Positions 1 through 10,413 of a stretch of DNA of 64,000 nt are shown here, piece after piece. The stretch is taken from contig JBBRSB010000003.1 of NCBI GenBank assembly GCA_038245785.1, forward strand, positions 128,001 through 192,000, in the 5' to 3' direction. This DNA is from Gloeobacterales cyanobacterium. GTDB taxonomy: Bacteria > Cyanobacteriota > Cyanobacteriia > Gloeobacterales > PMM-0068. The position numbers and the translations under genes are program-made. Under the pieces are notes generated by a model, which saw only the letters and a list, made by a program, of their open reading frames with translations, was not told where the DNA came from and did no database searches. How positions within the stretch are numbered: position 1 is the first letter of the stretch; each line of letters begins with the position of its first letter.

Positions 1-612
1 AGCGACCTTTTAGACCAAAAATTTGTTGCGCGGATCGGTATAGAGGAACGCCACCAGGCTTGGAAAAAAGTTCAAGGCCACTTAGGTTTGGACGAAAGAG
101 AGCGCCACTATCGGAATATTGCGACCCAAGGCTTACCTCAATTTGCAGCCGAGACGATGGACAAGTCTATGGCAGCCTTTTCTCTTGAACCCCGTTATCC
201 TTTTTGGGATAAGCGGTTGGTCGAGTTCTGCCTTGCTTTGCCCCCGGAACAAAAGCTGCACCTCGGATGGGACCGAGTCGTAATGCGCCGTGCGATGACC
301 GATATTCTGCCTGTAGAAGTACAGTGGCGCAGAGGCAAAACAGACTTTTCATCGAATCTTGCTCATGGATTGCTGTTCTTTGAGAAAGAGTCTTTAGACC
401 AGTTAATCCCGCATGGGTTAGGGAATCTTAAACAGTATCTAAATATCCCTGTCCTAGAGAAGATCTATCAACGATTTTTATCCTCAAAATCTCAGGAAGC
501 AGGTATAGACGGGCGCAATATCTGGATAGTTGTTTCCCTTGCTTTGTGGCTGCAGCATAGAGCCCAAAGGAGACCTGAAAAAGTTAAGACAAAGGAGCTG
601 AATCCAATGTGA
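1..612 (+). CDS. Lasso peptide cyclase / asparagine synthetase-like isopeptide-bond-forming enzyme, C-terminal part (5' end outside window)
   Basis: Frame open from base 1. Motifs EPRYPFWDKRLVEFCLALP, RVVMRRAM, VQWRRGKTDF are typical of the Asn-synthetase C-terminus. Directly followed by lasso precursors. Confidence 0.85.
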   Translation, partial: SDLLDQKFVARIGIEERHQAWKKVQGHLGLDERERHYRNIATQGLPQFAAETMDKSMAAFSLEPRYPFWDKRLVEFCLALPPEQKLHLGWDRVVMRRAMTDILPVEVQWRRGKTDFSSNLAHGLLFFEKESLDQLIPHGLGNLKQYLNIPVLEKIYQRFLSSKSQEAGIDGRNIWIVVSLALWLQHRAQRRPEKVKTKELNPM

Positions 613-783
613 TAAGAAACTGAATACTTTTTCTGATAGTGAAGCTCATTGTCTTCTTGGCTGTTCTTTCAAGAGCATCTAAGAAAACAGCGAGCCTAGT
701 TGTCACCTATATTTAGGACCTTCTAGCTGGCTGTATCCCTGGCTCTCCACAGAGCTAATTAGCAAATCAATCAAGGAGAAACT

Positions 784-930
784 ATGGCTTTTCAAAAGAA
801 GTCTTACCTCAAACCTGAGCTAACCGTTCATGGTAATGTCGAAGTCCTAACCAAAGGAGGAAGTAGCGGTGGAAGCACAGACGCTTTCTTTCCGGTAGGC
901 ACTCCGAAGGGTGGGGTGACCTTCTCCTAG
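784..930 (+). CDS. Lasso peptide precursor A1, 48 aa: MAFQKKSYLKPELTVHGNVEVLTK-GGSSGGSTDAFFPVGTPKGGVTFS
   Basis: Translated by hand (below ORF-track cutoff). AAGGAG RBS, YxxPxL leader motif, HG, Thr at -2, core Gly1 with Asp9, C-terminal Ser. Confidence 0.9.
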   Translation: MAFQKKSYLKPELTVHGNVEVLTKGGSSGGSTDAFFPVGTPKGGVTFS

Positions 931-954
931 TGGAGTGAGCCAGACTAGATAAAT

Positions 955-991
955 CAAGGATATCTAGAAGATAACAGTCTAGGTATCCTTG
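955..991 (+). other. Stem-loop after precursor A1 (mRNA stabiliser or partial terminator)
   Basis: CAAGGATATCTAGA-9 nt-TCTAGGTATCCTTG, a 14-bp stem with one G-U pair; no poly-U tail. Confidence 0.5.
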
Positions 992-1133
992 CGAAATAGC
1001 TTGTCCTAATCATGAAGCTCCTTGTCTTCTTGGCTTGTTGCCGCTAAGAAAACAGCGAGCTTAGTTGCCCCCGTATCCTGTGGCTTCTAGTTAACTGTAT
1101 CCACCCCCATATCAAATCGATCAAGGAAAAACC

Positions 1134-1280
1134 ATGGCTTTTCAAAAAAAGTCTTATCTCAAGCCTGAGTTAACCGTTCATGGCAATGTTGAAGTCCTGA
1201 CCAAGGGCTCATCCATTGGCAACTTTACGGATAGAGACTTTCCCACAGGGACTCCTCGAGGAGAGATAAGTTTCTCGTGA
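1134..1280 (+). CDS. Lasso peptide precursor A2, 48 aa: MAFQKKSYLKPELTVHGNVEVLTK-GSSIGNFTDRDFPTGTPRGEISFS
   Basis: Translated by hand. Leader identical to A1 at protein level with synonymous nucleotide differences; core Gly1/Asp9; C-terminal Ser. Confidence 0.9.
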   Translation: MAFQKKSYLKPELTVHGNVEVLTKGSSIGNFTDRDFPTGTPRGEISFS

Positions 1281-1342
1281 TAACTTTCTCCCTCTACGAG
1301 CCTAGCAATCCAAGCTAGGGATATTCTGGGGGTTCTGAGCTC

Positions 1343-1373
1343 AAAGTCCCCCAAAGTTGGGGGATTAGGGGGC
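1343..1373. repeat. Small dispersed palindromic repeat (CCCCCAA..TGGGGG type)
   Basis: AAAGTCCCCCAAAGTTGGGGGATTAGGGGGC; related copies at 15611, 28161 and 28245. Confidence 0.6.
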
Positions 1374-1477
1374 GGTTCCAAGATCTGTATACCCCGTAGC
1401 CTTTTGAAGGGGGGAGCGGGGGGATCTTTGCAGGAAGTTTGGTCTAGTAAGTCTGGGTTTTAAGGAAAGTCGAAAGA

Positions 1478-2395
1478 ATGTACCACTACATCGCTTATGG
1501 TCTAAATATTTCCTCTGAGCTGTTGCTGCCAGAGTTAAAAATTTCATCAGTTGTGGAAGCAGATGTAGTTATCCAGTTGGGGAAAGTTAATTGGTTGCCA
1601 CCCGATCCTTGTCCCTCATGGAAGTACTTTCATTTTGACGGTGATACAGCTTACTTGTATTGGGATATTGTCGGCAAATTCCTAGTTCGTTCGGGTAGAG
1701 AGATTACTATCGAGCTGATTGAAGGAGTGGACGAAGGAGTCGTTCGTCTTCCCCTATTAGGGGCAGTCTTAGCGATGGTGCTTCATCAGCGCCAGTATTT
1801 GTTGCTCCATGGCAGTGCTGTTGCTATCAAAGAGCATGCCGTGATCTTTGCCGGAGCCTCAGGGCATGGTAAATCGACGATGGCCGCAACCCTCTATGGA
1901 CGGGGACATAGACTGATGGCTGATGATGTCTCTGCCATCAACCTTGAAAAGATAAGCAGACCGATGTTAATTCCAGGTTTTCCTCAAATTAAACTCTGGC
2001 CAGAAGCAGTCACGGCTGCCTTAGGGGATGATCCAGAAGCGCTTAAGAGAGTTCATCCAGACCTTGAAAAACGAGCCCGCCCCATGGCTAATGGTTTCTT
2101 GCAGGTACCGCTTCCCCTTGAGCGAATCTATCTACTCAGTGAAGGGCCAAGCGTGCATATCAAACCGTTGAAACCGCAAGAGGCGATCGCTAAACTAATT
2201 GGCAATTCTTTTATTCCAATGCTAGTGGGAGAAAAATTTATTCAAAGTAAGGGCACGGGTCTGCACATTTCCCAATGTGCGAATCTTGTCAAAAATGTTC
2301 CTATTTATACACTTGAGCGACCCTGTTCTCTTGAGCTGTTGTCAGATATAGCGCACTTGATAGAAGAAGATTTAGCGGCTCCCGTACAAATTTAA
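1478..2395 (+). CDS. HPr kinase-like lasso peptide kinase
   Basis: LLHGSAV, P-loop GASGHGKST, LMADD; position within a lasso cluster as in paeninodin-type loci. Confidence 0.85.
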   Translation: MYHYIAYGLNISSELLLPELKISSVVEADVVIQLGKVNWLPPDPCPSWKYFHFDGDTAYLYWDIVGKFLVRSGREITIELIEGVDEGVVRLPLLGAVLAMVLHQRQYLLLHGSAVAIKEHAVIFAGASGHGKSTMAATLYGRGHRLMADDVSAINLEKISRPMLIPGFPQIKLWPEAVTAALGDDPEALKRVHPDLEKRARPMANGFLQVPLPLERIYLLSEGPSVHIKPLKPQEAIAKLIGNSFIPMLVGEKFIQSKGTGLHISQCANLVKNVPIYTLERPCSLELLSDIAHLIEEDLAAPVQI

Positions 2396-2398
2396 ACT

Positions 2399-4216
2399 AT
2401 GCGCCTAGACCAATTCTTAAAAAGTAAAATTCAAAAAGCTTCACGCTTTCTGCCTGCGCTCCGCTTAGTTTGGCAAAGCAGCCCTGGCTGGACGATCGCA
2501 CGCGTCATAATTTTAATCATTCTGGGAATCTTGCCTCTAATTTCGATTTATCTGGCCAAACTTATCGTAGATACGGTAACTATGGGTCTGATGGCGACGG
2601 ACAAAGCAGCTACTTTTTCTGAAATTTTAAAGTTACTGCTGTTAGCAGGAGTTGTCACAGTTATTAATGGTCTCTGTACATCCCTAAGCGAATTTGTGAA
2701 TACAGCCCATTCCCTACGGGTGACTGACTACATGCAGGGCATTATGCATGCTAAGTCAATTGAAGCAGACCTCGAATACTATGAGAATGCTAAATACTTC
2801 GATGCCCTACAGCGAGCGCAACAAGAAGCTCCCTACCGCCCGCCCCAAATTCTGAATCGTTTGGCCCAGGTTGGCCAGAACGGTATTTCTCTAATCACGA
2901 TGGTGGGTTTATTAAGCTCACTCCATTGGGGCATTATCGGGGTGCTCATAGTTGCGGCCCTGCCTGCTGTTTTTGTGCGCGTACATCAGTCTCGGATTAT
3001 GTATCAGTGGCAGCGGAAAAGAACGGGGATGGATCGGCAATCCATGTATTTAGGTTTTATGCTGACCGGAGACCTGTTTGCCAAAGAAATTCGACTATTT
3101 GGTCTAGGCTCTTTCTTTAGTGCATGGTATCTCCGTATTCGCCAACAGCTCTACGAAGAAAGATTAGACATTTCTAAAAGAAAAGCACTCGCAAATTTTC
3201 TAGCTCAGGGCTTTGCGGGCATTTTAATCTTTGCTATCTATAGCTTCATCATCTATCAAACGCTGCAAGGGGTTCTCCGTTTAGGAGATCTTGTTCTTTA
3301 TTACCAGGCTTTGCAACGAGGCCAGCTCAATATCAATGGACTTCTGACGGGCGTATCAGGTCTTTATGAAGATAATCTGTTCCTGACAAATCTATACGAG
3401 TTTCTAGACCTCAAGCCCACTATTGTGGATCCTACAGTTTCCAAGCCATTTCCCGAAACTATAAAGACAGGTATTGTCTTTAATCAGGTTAGTTTTCAAT
3501 ATTCCAACAGCACTCGTCAAGCACTCAGCAATATCAATCTTTGCATTGAACCAGGAAAAACTATTGCTTTGGTGGGAGAAAATGGCTGTGGAAAAACAAC
3601 CTTAATTAAACTTCTTTGCCGTCTGTACGACCCAACTTCTGGCAGTATCACCATTGATGGAATTGATATCCGTGAGTTCAAAATAGCCGATTTGCGTCGT
3701 CAAGTGGGTGTGATTTTTCAAGACTATGCGAAGTATAACCTCACTGCTTTTGAGAATATCTGGCTAGGGAACGTTGAGGTTCCGCGAGAGGACGAAAAAA
3801 TCATAGCAGCGGCCTATCGTTCTGGAGCGAATGAAGTGATTCAGCAGTTACCGCAAGGTTATGACACCGTGTTGGGTAAGTTATTCGACCAGGGAGAAGA
3901 GCTCAGCATCGGTCAGTGGCAAAAAATAGCTTTGGCCAGGGCCTTTCTGCGCTCCTCACAGCTAATTATTTTAGATGAGCCAACCAGCGCCATGGATCCA
4001 AAGGCGGAATACGAAGTCTTCAACCAATTTCACCAGTTGATTAAAGACCAGGCGGCTATTCTGATTACCCATCGTTTATCAACAGTAAAAATGGCAGACT
4101 GCATTTATGTCATGGATCAAGGTTCCATCGTCGAATCGGGCACCCATGATCAACTGATGCAGCAAAGAGGCTCCTATGCCCATTTGTTTGAAACCCAAGC
4201 CCAAAACTATCGGTGA
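2399..4216 (+). CDS. ABC transporter ATP-binding/permease (lasso peptide exporter)
   Basis: N-terminal TM helices, Walker A GENGCGKTT, LSIGQWQK signature, ILDEPT. Confidence 0.9.
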   Translation: MRLDQFLKSKIQKASRFLPALRLVWQSSPGWTIARVIILIILGILPLISIYLAKLIVDTVTMGLMATDKAATFSEILKLLLLAGVVTVINGLCTSLSEFVNTAHSLRVTDYMQGIMHAKSIEADLEYYENAKYFDALQRAQQEAPYRPPQILNRLAQVGQNGISLITMVGLLSSLHWGIIGVLIVAALPAVFVRVHQSRIMYQWQRKRTGMDRQSMYLGFMLTGDLFAKEIRLFGLGSFFSAWYLRIRQQLYEERLDISKRKALANFLAQGFAGILIFAIYSFIIYQTLQGVLRLGDLVLYYQALQRGQLNINGLLTGVSGLYEDNLFLTNLYEFLDLKPTIVDPTVSKPFPETIKTGIVFNQVSFQYSNSTRQALSNINLCIEPGKTIALVGENGCGKTTLIKLLCRLYDPTSGSITIDGIDIREFKIADLRRQVGVIFQDYAKYNLTAFENIWLGNVEVPREDEKIIAAAYRSGANEVIQQLPQGYDTVLGKLFDQGEELSIGQWQKIALARAFLRSSQLIILDEPTSAMDPKAEYEVFNQFHQLIKDQAAILITHRLSTVKMADCIYVMDQGSIVESGTHDQLMQQRGSYAHLFETQAQNYR

Positions 4217-5418
4217 GTAGTCTGATGAGCTCCCTAACCCAGTCTCCGCCTAAAGTCTCCGCGACGGCTATGCGTCCAGAAATCGAGCTGTTGCTCTGCG
4301 CGGCCCGCACCTACCTCGATTCTGCAACCGCTCAATGTATGAGCACGCTGCTCCAGGAAGATATGGATTGGACCTATCTAATCCACCTTGCAACCTGTCA
4401 CAAAGTGATGCCGCTCCTGTACCAGAGTTTAAGCATCATCGGTCTAGAAGCTGTCCCTCCAGCTATTCTCGCTCAACTGCACGCCCACTTCCGTCGCAAT
4501 ACGATGCAGAACCTGTTCTTAACCCAAGAACTAATCAAGCTCTTGGATCAGTTCAAGGAAAAGGACATCCCTGTTATTCCCTACAAAGGCCCCGTTCTAG
4601 CAGCTTTTGCCTACGGCAAGCTGTCCCTTCGTCAGAGTGGGGACTTAGACCTCCTCGTTTCTGCCGAAAATTATCCGCAGGCGAAGGCATTGCTCCTCGA
4701 ACGCGGTTATCAAATGCTGCTCGACAGCAAACATGAGAAGGCTCATCTGCAAGCTCAGCTATGGAATGACAAGCTGAGGGTCAGCGTAGACCTGCATTAT
4801 GGAATTCCGCCCAAGGAACTTCGACTCAACCCGGAGCGATTCTGGGAAAGCCTGCAGACCTTTTCTTTGAATGACAAAAAAATAGAAGTGCTCTCTCCGG
4901 AAGCCCACCTGCTGCTCCTGTGCGTGGATGGACACAAGGAAAGTTGGAATCAGTTGTTTAAACTCTGCGGTGTGGCCGCCATCATTCACGCCTATCCCAC
5001 GATGGATTGGGAAAAGCTCATCGCTTGGGCTGAACAGTTGAGGATGAAGCACATTCTCTGTATGGCTCTATTGCTCGCGAACGACTTGTTAGGCACCACC
5101 CTCCCTGAAGAAGTCTTGCAAAACGCCAAAGCCAGCTCTGTGAGGAGATTCCTGGTCAAGCATTGGCGTGAATATCTCTTCTCTGAGCCAGAGAGTCAGA
5201 CGGATGTTGCTCAAAAGAAACTTTTCCACCCGCAGACCATAGCACCCCTCTACCGCCTGTCTATGGCTGACCTCAAGAATATGATGATGCCAACGGAGGT
5301 CGACCAAGCATGGCTTCCCCTCCCGCCTGCTATCTCTTTTCTCTACTATCTGCTGCGACCGATCCGCTTAGTTTGGAAGTATGGACCCGTGTTTATCGAC
5401 CGTTCGGCGGCATCTTAG
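4213..5418 (+). CDS. Nucleotidyltransferase family protein (NTP_transf_5-like, lasso tailoring)
   Basis: PYKGPVLA, LRQSGDLDLLV, VDLH motifs; overlaps ABC stop (GTGA), suggesting translational coupling. Confidence 0.8.
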   Translation: MSSLMSSLTQSPPKVSATAMRPEIELLLCAARTYLDSATAQCMSTLLQEDMDWTYLIHLATCHKVMPLLYQSLSIIGLEAVPPAILAQLHAHFRRNTMQNLFLTQELIKLLDQFKEKDIPVIPYKGPVLAAFAYGKLSLRQSGDLDLLVSAENYPQAKALLLERGYQMLLDSKHEKAHLQAQLWNDKLRVSVDLHYGIPPKELRLNPERFWESLQTFSLNDKKIEVLSPEAHLLLLCVDGHKESWNQLFKLCGVAAIIHAYPTMDWEKLIAWAEQLRMKHILCMALLLANDLLGTTLPEEVLQNAKASSVRRFLVKHWREYLFSEPESQTDVAQKKLFHPQTIAPLYRLSMADLKNMMMPTEVDQAWLPLPPAISFLYYLLRPIRLVWKYGPVFIDRSAAS

Positions 5419-5434
5419 CTCGGTAGCTTTGTTC

Positions 5435-6136
5435 CTATTTTCTGGGTGCGAACAGCTTTTTGAGGGTTTCTAGATTTTTCCCCTGGATGGTGTAGCCAAC
5501 AAAGGGAAACGCGCAATCTTTTACGTCCAGAACCCCTTGCGTATCGTCCTTACAATAATTCGAATTCGCAATCCGGTCCGTGCGCAGTTGGGCTTTCACG
5601 GCTACTTTTTTGCTTGCTCGCTGGATCAGGTCGGCCACTTCTGGCGTGAGGGTCAGGCGGGCGGTGTCACCCTTGGGACTGCGGGACACTTCTGCTTTGA
5701 CAACGGACGGCGGCAACGTATCCCCATCGACTTCCAGAAATACCGTGGGCAGGTTTTGGCTAAAGGTATGGGTGCCATCAGCTGTGCCTTCTAGCCCGAT
5801 ATTCACATAGTAGGCACTCACTTTATTAGCTGGGTTAAAAGACCGACGAGCGGTGACCAGCAGCTTAGTCGTGTAGTCTTTGCCATCCTGCTTCAGGTTG
5901 ATTTCTCCTAAGGAGGCCCCCCCTGAGGTGTAGTAGGGCGTGCCATCGGACCGCAGCAGGAAATAGTCTCCTGGGGCTCCCTTGGGCAAGGGGAACGTCT
6001 GTATATTCGGATCTTCCTTGAGTGGGGTAGAAGCTATAGGCTCTGGCTTTTCTAAAGACACTAGAGGCGGTTCGCTTTGACAGGACGCAATCAAAGTTAA
6101 AAGAATACAAGCCAGGACAGATCTGTAGGTAAACAT
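5435..6136 (-). CDS. Hypothetical lipoprotein
   Basis: Start moved to MFTYRSVLACILLTLIASC, which has a lipobox-like IASC; no recognised domain. Confidence 0.6.
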   Translation of the reverse strand: MFTYRSVLACILLTLIASCQSEPPLVSLEKPEPIASTPLKEDPNIQTFPLPKGAPGDYFLLRSDGTPYYTSGGASLGEINLKQDGKDYTTKLLVTARRSFNPANKVSAYYVNIGLEGTADGTHTFSQNLPTVFLEVDGDTLPPSVVKAEVSRSPKGDTARLTLTPEVADLIQRASKKVAVKAQLRTDRIANSNYCKDDTQGVLDVKDCAFPFVGYTIQGKNLETLKKLFAPRK

Positions 6137-6289
6137 AGTTCTAGCTTCCCATAGGAAAGGACACTCTAGTAAGCCTGTAAGCCAGATGCCGACCAAAATC
6201 CAGGCATTTCCGTAGTAGTTGTTACAGACAGAGCGGACCACACTGGTAGGAAAACGTAACCTTGTTTGCAGGGCTTCATGCCTATTTCT

Positions 6290-6332
6290 GTATCAAAAAA
6301 TACAAAACTGGGGTTCACAACTTCACTAGACT
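6290..6332 (+). promoter_or_regulatory. NtcA-activated promoter of glnA
   Basis: GTA-TCAAAAAA-TAC (GTAN8TAC) at 6290-6303 and TAGACT (TAN3T) -10 box 23 nt downstream. Confidence 0.8.
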
Positions 6333-6418
6333 GTTCCATCCTTGTTTCTGTTCACAGTGGGTCAAAGCCTATCTAGGGGCAAGGTTTTTAAATTTAGACT
6401 TCAAGGAGCACACGGAGT

Positions 6419-7840
6419 ATGTCGAAGACCCCCAAAGACGTCATGCAATTGATAAAAGACAAGGGCGTCAAAATTGTTGATCTGAAATTTATTGACCTGC
6501 CTGGAATTTGGCAACACTGTTCTTTTTACATTGACGAAATTAGTGAACAAACCATCACCGAAGGCTTAGCCTTTGATGGTTCCAGTATTCGCGGATGGAA
6601 AGCGATCAATGAATCCGACATGCTCATGGTCCCCGACCCCAATTCAGCCTTTATTGACCCGTTCATGGAAGGTCCAACCCTGAGCATGACCTGTAGCATC
6701 CGTGAGCCTCGGACGGGAGAACCCTACAGCCGTTGCCCTCGGGTCATTGCCAGCAAAGCCCTAGAGTACGTCAAAAATTCTGGAGTGGCAGACACCATCT
6801 ACGTCGGGCCTGAAGCTGAGTTCTTCATCTTTGATGATGTGCGCTTTGACCAGACCGTAAACTCTGGCTACTACTATGTGGATTCTGTAGAAGGTCGCTG
6901 GAATTCTGGTCGCAAAGAAGACGGCGGAAACCTAGGCTATAAGCCCCGCTACAAAGAAGGCTATTTCCCTGTGCCTCCCACCGACACGTTGCAGGATATC
7001 CGGACGGAAATGCTGCTGACCATGGGTGAATTGGGCGTTCCTATCGAAAAGCATCACCATGAAGTAGCAACGGGTGGACAGAATGAACTCGGTATCCGCT
7101 TCCTGCCTATTGTTCAGGCAGGGGATGCCCTGATGATCTACAAGTACGTCATTAAAAACGTGGCCCGCAAGCATGGCAAGACCGTTACCTTTATGCCCAA
7201 ACCCTTGTTTAACGACAATGGCAGTGGGATGCATACCCACCAGTCTCTATGGAAAGATGGTCAGCCTCTCTTTGCGGGTGATAAGTACGCAGGCTTAAGC
7301 CAAATGGCTCTCTGGTATATCGGCGGCATCCTCAAGCATGCTCCGGCTCTGTTGGCGATTACCAATCCATCCACCAATTCCTACAAGCGTTTGGTGCCTG
7401 GTTTCGAAGCTCCGGTCAACCTGGCCTACTCCCAGGGCAACCGTTCTGCCTCGGTCCGTATCCCTCTTTCTGGGGATAGTCCAAAAGCCAAGCGTTTGGA
7501 ATTCCGCTGCCCCGATGCCTCTAGCAATCCTTACTTGGCCTTCGCCGCGATGACAATGGCTGGGATGGATGGTATCAAGAACCAAATTGATCCTGGTGAG
7601 CCTCTGGATGTGGATATCTATGAACTCTCTCCAGAAGAATTGGCGAAGGTTCCCTCCACGCCTGGTTCTCTGGCAGAAGCCTTGGAAGCCCTGAAAGCCG
7701 ACCATGCGTTCTTAACTGCCGGTGAAGTGTTCAGCGAAGAACTGATTTCCACCTGGATTGAGTACAAGTTGAGCAATGAAGTGATCCCAATGAGTCTGCG
7801 TCCTCATCCCCATGAATTTGCTTTGTACTATGACTGTTAA
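6419..7840 (+). CDS. glnA: Glutamine synthetase type I
   Basis: [44 protein letters not shown]-terminal LYYDC. Confidence 0.98.
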   Translation: MSKTPKDVMQLIKDKGVKIVDLKFIDLPGIWQHCSFYIDEISEQTITEGLAFDGSSIRGWKAINESDMLMVPDPNSAFIDPFMEGPTLSMTCSIREPRTGEPYSRCPRVIASKALEYVKNSGVADTIYVGPEAEFFIFDDVRFDQTVNSGYYYVDSVEGRWNSGRKEDGGNLGYKPRYKEGYFPVPPTDTLQDIRTEMLLTMGELGVPIEKHHHEVATGGQNELGIRFLPIVQAGDALMIYKYVIKNVARKHGKTVTFMPKPLFNDNGSGMHTHQSLWKDGQPLFAGDKYAGLSQMALWYIGGILKHAPALLAITNPSTNSYKRLVPGFEAPVNLAYSQGNRSASVRIPLSGDSPKAKRLEFRCPDASSNPYLAFAAMTMAGMDGIKNQIDPGEPLDVDIYELSPEELAKVPSTPGSLAEALEALKADHAFLTAGEVFSEELISTWIEYKLSNEVIPMSLRPHPHEFALYYDC

Positions 7841-7861
7841 TTCATCGATCTAATGAGCAGC

Positions 7862-7889
7862 AACCGCTTCCTTCGGGAGGCGGTTTTTT
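7862..7889 (+). terminator. Rho-independent terminator of glnA
   Basis: AACCGCTTCC-TTCG-GGAGGCGGTT followed by a T run. Confidence 0.85.
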
Positions 7890-7915
7890 GTGGCTTGGTG
7901 TTGGGGAATTTTCGA

Positions 7916-8036
7916 TGGTTATCCGAACATTATCTATATATGGATTTGGATGAATGGATGATTATGCCCAAACATGTGCACCGGATTTTGATATGAAACG
8001 AACATCCGGTAGGGGCGATTTGCAAATCGCCCCTAC
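7916..8036 (+). pseudogene. Fragment of REP-associated tyrosine transposase (RAYT / IS200-like) with a GTAG palindrome
   Basis: Reads WLSEHYLYMDLDEWMIMPKHVHRILI*, resembling the HUH motif DEWVIMPNHVHGI; followed by the perfect 28-bp palindrome GTAGGGGCGATTTGCAAATCGCCCCTAC (8009-8036). Confidence 0.7.
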
Positions 8037-8084
8037 GCACCCCAAAAATGCCACCACACAATCCGGAAACCCATTTTGGCGCAA

Positions 8085-9326
8085 TTATGATGAATGAATC
8101 ATCCGATCCGTAATCCGTTTCATCGCCTCATTCACATTTTCCCGACTATTAAAGGCAGAAATGCGGAAATACCCTTCGCCTGCAGCACCAAAACCAGAAC
8201 CGGGTGTACCGACAACATTGCAGGTGTGCAGCAACTTGTCGAAGAAATCCCAACTGGAAAGACCATTGGGGGTCTTCACCCAAACGTAGGGTGCATTGGT
8301 CCCACCATAGACCTGTAAGCCAGCAGCAGTTAATTGTTCACGGATGATTTTGGCATTGTCCATGTAGAAACTGACTAACTCCTTGATTTGGGTCTGTCCT
8401 TCTGGGGAATAAACCGCTTCGGCTCCGCGTTGGACGATGTAGGATACGCCATTGAATTTGGTGGATTGGCGGCGATTCCATAGCTTCCACAGTTCTACAT
8501 CGGAACCATCCGCAGCTTTGGCCGTGAGGCTTTTCGGCACCACGGTCAGTGCACAGCGTGTTCCGGTAAAGCCTGCATTTTTGGAGAACGAGCGAAATTC
8601 AATTGCACACTCCCGTGCTCCTTCAATCTCATAGATGGAATGAGGCAGGTTTGGATCGGTGATAAACGCTTCATAGGCGGCATCAAAGAAAATGATCGAA
8701 CCATGGGCTCTGGCATAGTCTACCCAAGCCTTTAGGTGTTCCTTGGTGGCGGTAGCGCCCGTAGGGTTATTTGGGAAGCAGAGATAAATTAAATCGACTT
8801 TCTGGGAAGGAATCTGAGCCGTAAAATTATTCTCAGCGGTAATTGGCAGGTAGACGAAACCCTCATATTCTCCTTTCTCATTGGCCGCTCCTGTATGCCC
8901 TGCCATCACATTGGTGTCTACATAGACAGGATAAACGGGGTCGGTGACGGCGATGGTGTTATCGTTCCCAAAGATATCTAAGATATTCCCAGAATCGCAC
9001 TTCGAGCCATCGGAGACAAAGATTTCAGAAGCGTCAATCTGACAACCACGTGCTTGGAAGTCATAGGCCGCAATTTTTTCCCGTAACCAAGCGTAGCCCT
9101 GCTCTGGACCATACCCTTTAAAGGAACTACGGTCTCCCATATCTTCCACTGCTTGGATCATCGCATCGCGGCAGGCTTGGGGCAGCGGTTCGGTCACATC
9201 CCCAATGCCCAGCCGAATAATTTTTGCATCAGGATGAGCCTCTGCAAAGGCCGTGACCCTGCGGGCAATTTCAGGAAATAGGTAGCCTGCTTTGAGCTTG
9301 AGGTAATTGTCGTTAATGGTTGCCAT
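8085..9326 (-). CDS. dapL: LL-diaminopimelate aminotransferase
   Basis: [49 protein letters not shown]. Confidence 0.95.
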   Translation of the reverse strand: MATINDNYLKLKAGYLFPEIARRVTAFAEAHPDAKIIRLGIGDVTEPLPQACRDAMIQAVEDMGDRSSFKGYGPEQGYAWLREKIAAYDFQARGCQIDASEIFVSDGSKCDSGNILDIFGNDNTIAVTDPVYPVYVDTNVMAGHTGAANEKGEYEGFVYLPITAENNFTAQIPSQKVDLIYLCFPNNPTGATATKEHLKAWVDYARAHGSIIFFDAAYEAFITDPNLPHSIYEIEGARECAIEFRSFSKNAGFTGTRCALTVVPKSLTAKAADGSDVELWKLWNRRQSTKFNGVSYIVQRGAEAVYSPEGQTQIKELVSFYMDNAKIIREQLTAAGLQVYGGTNAPYVWVKTPNGLSSWDFFDKLLHTCNVVGTPGSGFGAAGEGYFRISAFNSRENVNEAMKRITDRMIHSS

Positions 9327-9388
9327 AATCAATCGCTACGAAACAAACGCCGTACGCCAGTTTACTGCTTAGCATTGCCCTATGACAC

Positions 9389-10384
9389 CTATACCAATGC
9401 CGGTCCCGCAATGTATTGCTCCGCCAAGGCTACTTCGTGGGGGCTACCCATAATCACAGGTACCCTTTGGTGCAGCTGGGTTGGGACGATATCTAGAATG
9501 CGCTCTGTGCCTGTAGTTGCTTTCCCGCCCGCCTTCTCAAGGATAAAAGCCAGAGGATTGGCTTCGTAGAGGAGACGGAGCTTACCTTCCGGATTTTTTT
9601 CCGTTCCTGGATAGAGGAACACGCCGCCATGAAGGAGCGTACGGTGGATATCTGCCACGAGGGAGCCGACATAGCGGCCACTGTAGCCCTTGGTGTTTTT
9701 AATTTGGTCTACGTAGGCTTGAATTTGGGGAGACCAGCTCTGGTAGTTGGCCTCATTTACGCTGTAATACTTGCCCTTTTCTGGGATGCGCATATGAGGA
9801 TGAGAAAGCAAAAATTCGCCAATCCCCGCATCCAGAGTGAAGCCATTCACTTCCTCTCCGGTGCTATAGACCATCATTGTGCTCGGTCCATAGAGGATAT
9901 AGCCCGCCGCCACTTGCTGGACTCCTGGCTGCAGTAAACTTTCTTCTGGTGAATTGGCACTGCGTTGCCGAAGCACCGCAAAACTAGAGCCTACGGTAAC
10001 GTCGCAGTCCAGATTGGAAGATCCATCTAAGGGGTCAATTAAAAGCGAATAGCCGCCGATGGGACAGGTTTGGATCAGATGTTCTGGACCTTCTAGCTCT
10101 TCAGAAACCAAGACGCAGACTAAACCGGTGTCTCGGAAAGCCCGAATAAACGTTTCGTTGGCATACTCATCCAACTTGCGCACTTCTTCGCCCTGGACAT
10201 TAATCTCACCCGTAAAGCCAAGGGCTTCTTCAATCAATCCTGCCCGGCTCAGTTCACGACTGATCACCCGTGCGGCCAGACTAATTTGAATCAGCAAGGC
10301 ACTAAACTCTCCGGTTGCCCCTTTTTGTTTGCGTTGGTTTTGGAGAATGAAATTGTGTAGGGTAATTCCTCGGGTGGGCTCCAT
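9389..10384 (-). CDS. fbp: Fructose-1,6-bisphosphatase class 1
   Basis: [39 protein letters not shown]. Confidence 0.95.
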   Translation of the reverse strand: MEPTRGITLHNFILQNQRKQKGATGEFSALLIQISLAARVISRELSRAGLIEEALGFTGEINVQGEEVRKLDEYANETFIRAFRDTGLVCVLVSEELEGPEHLIQTCPIGGYSLLIDPLDGSSNLDCDVTVGSSFAVLRQRSANSPEESLLQPGVQQVAAGYILYGPSTMMVYSTGEEVNGFTLDAGIGEFLLSHPHMRIPEKGKYYSVNEANYQSWSPQIQAYVDQIKNTKGYSGRYVGSLVADIHRTLLHGGVFLYPGTEKNPEGKLRLLYEANPLAFILEKAGGKATTGTERILDIVPTQLHQRVPVIMGSPHEVALAEQYIAGPALV

Positions 10385-10413
10385 GACGTTCTCCTCACTA
10401 GTTTTCTAGTGAA

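Noticed and set aside
1178..1547. Minus-strand ORFs of 67 and 60 aa
   Set aside because: Antisense to precursor A2 or running through palindromic repeats; no protein-like features.
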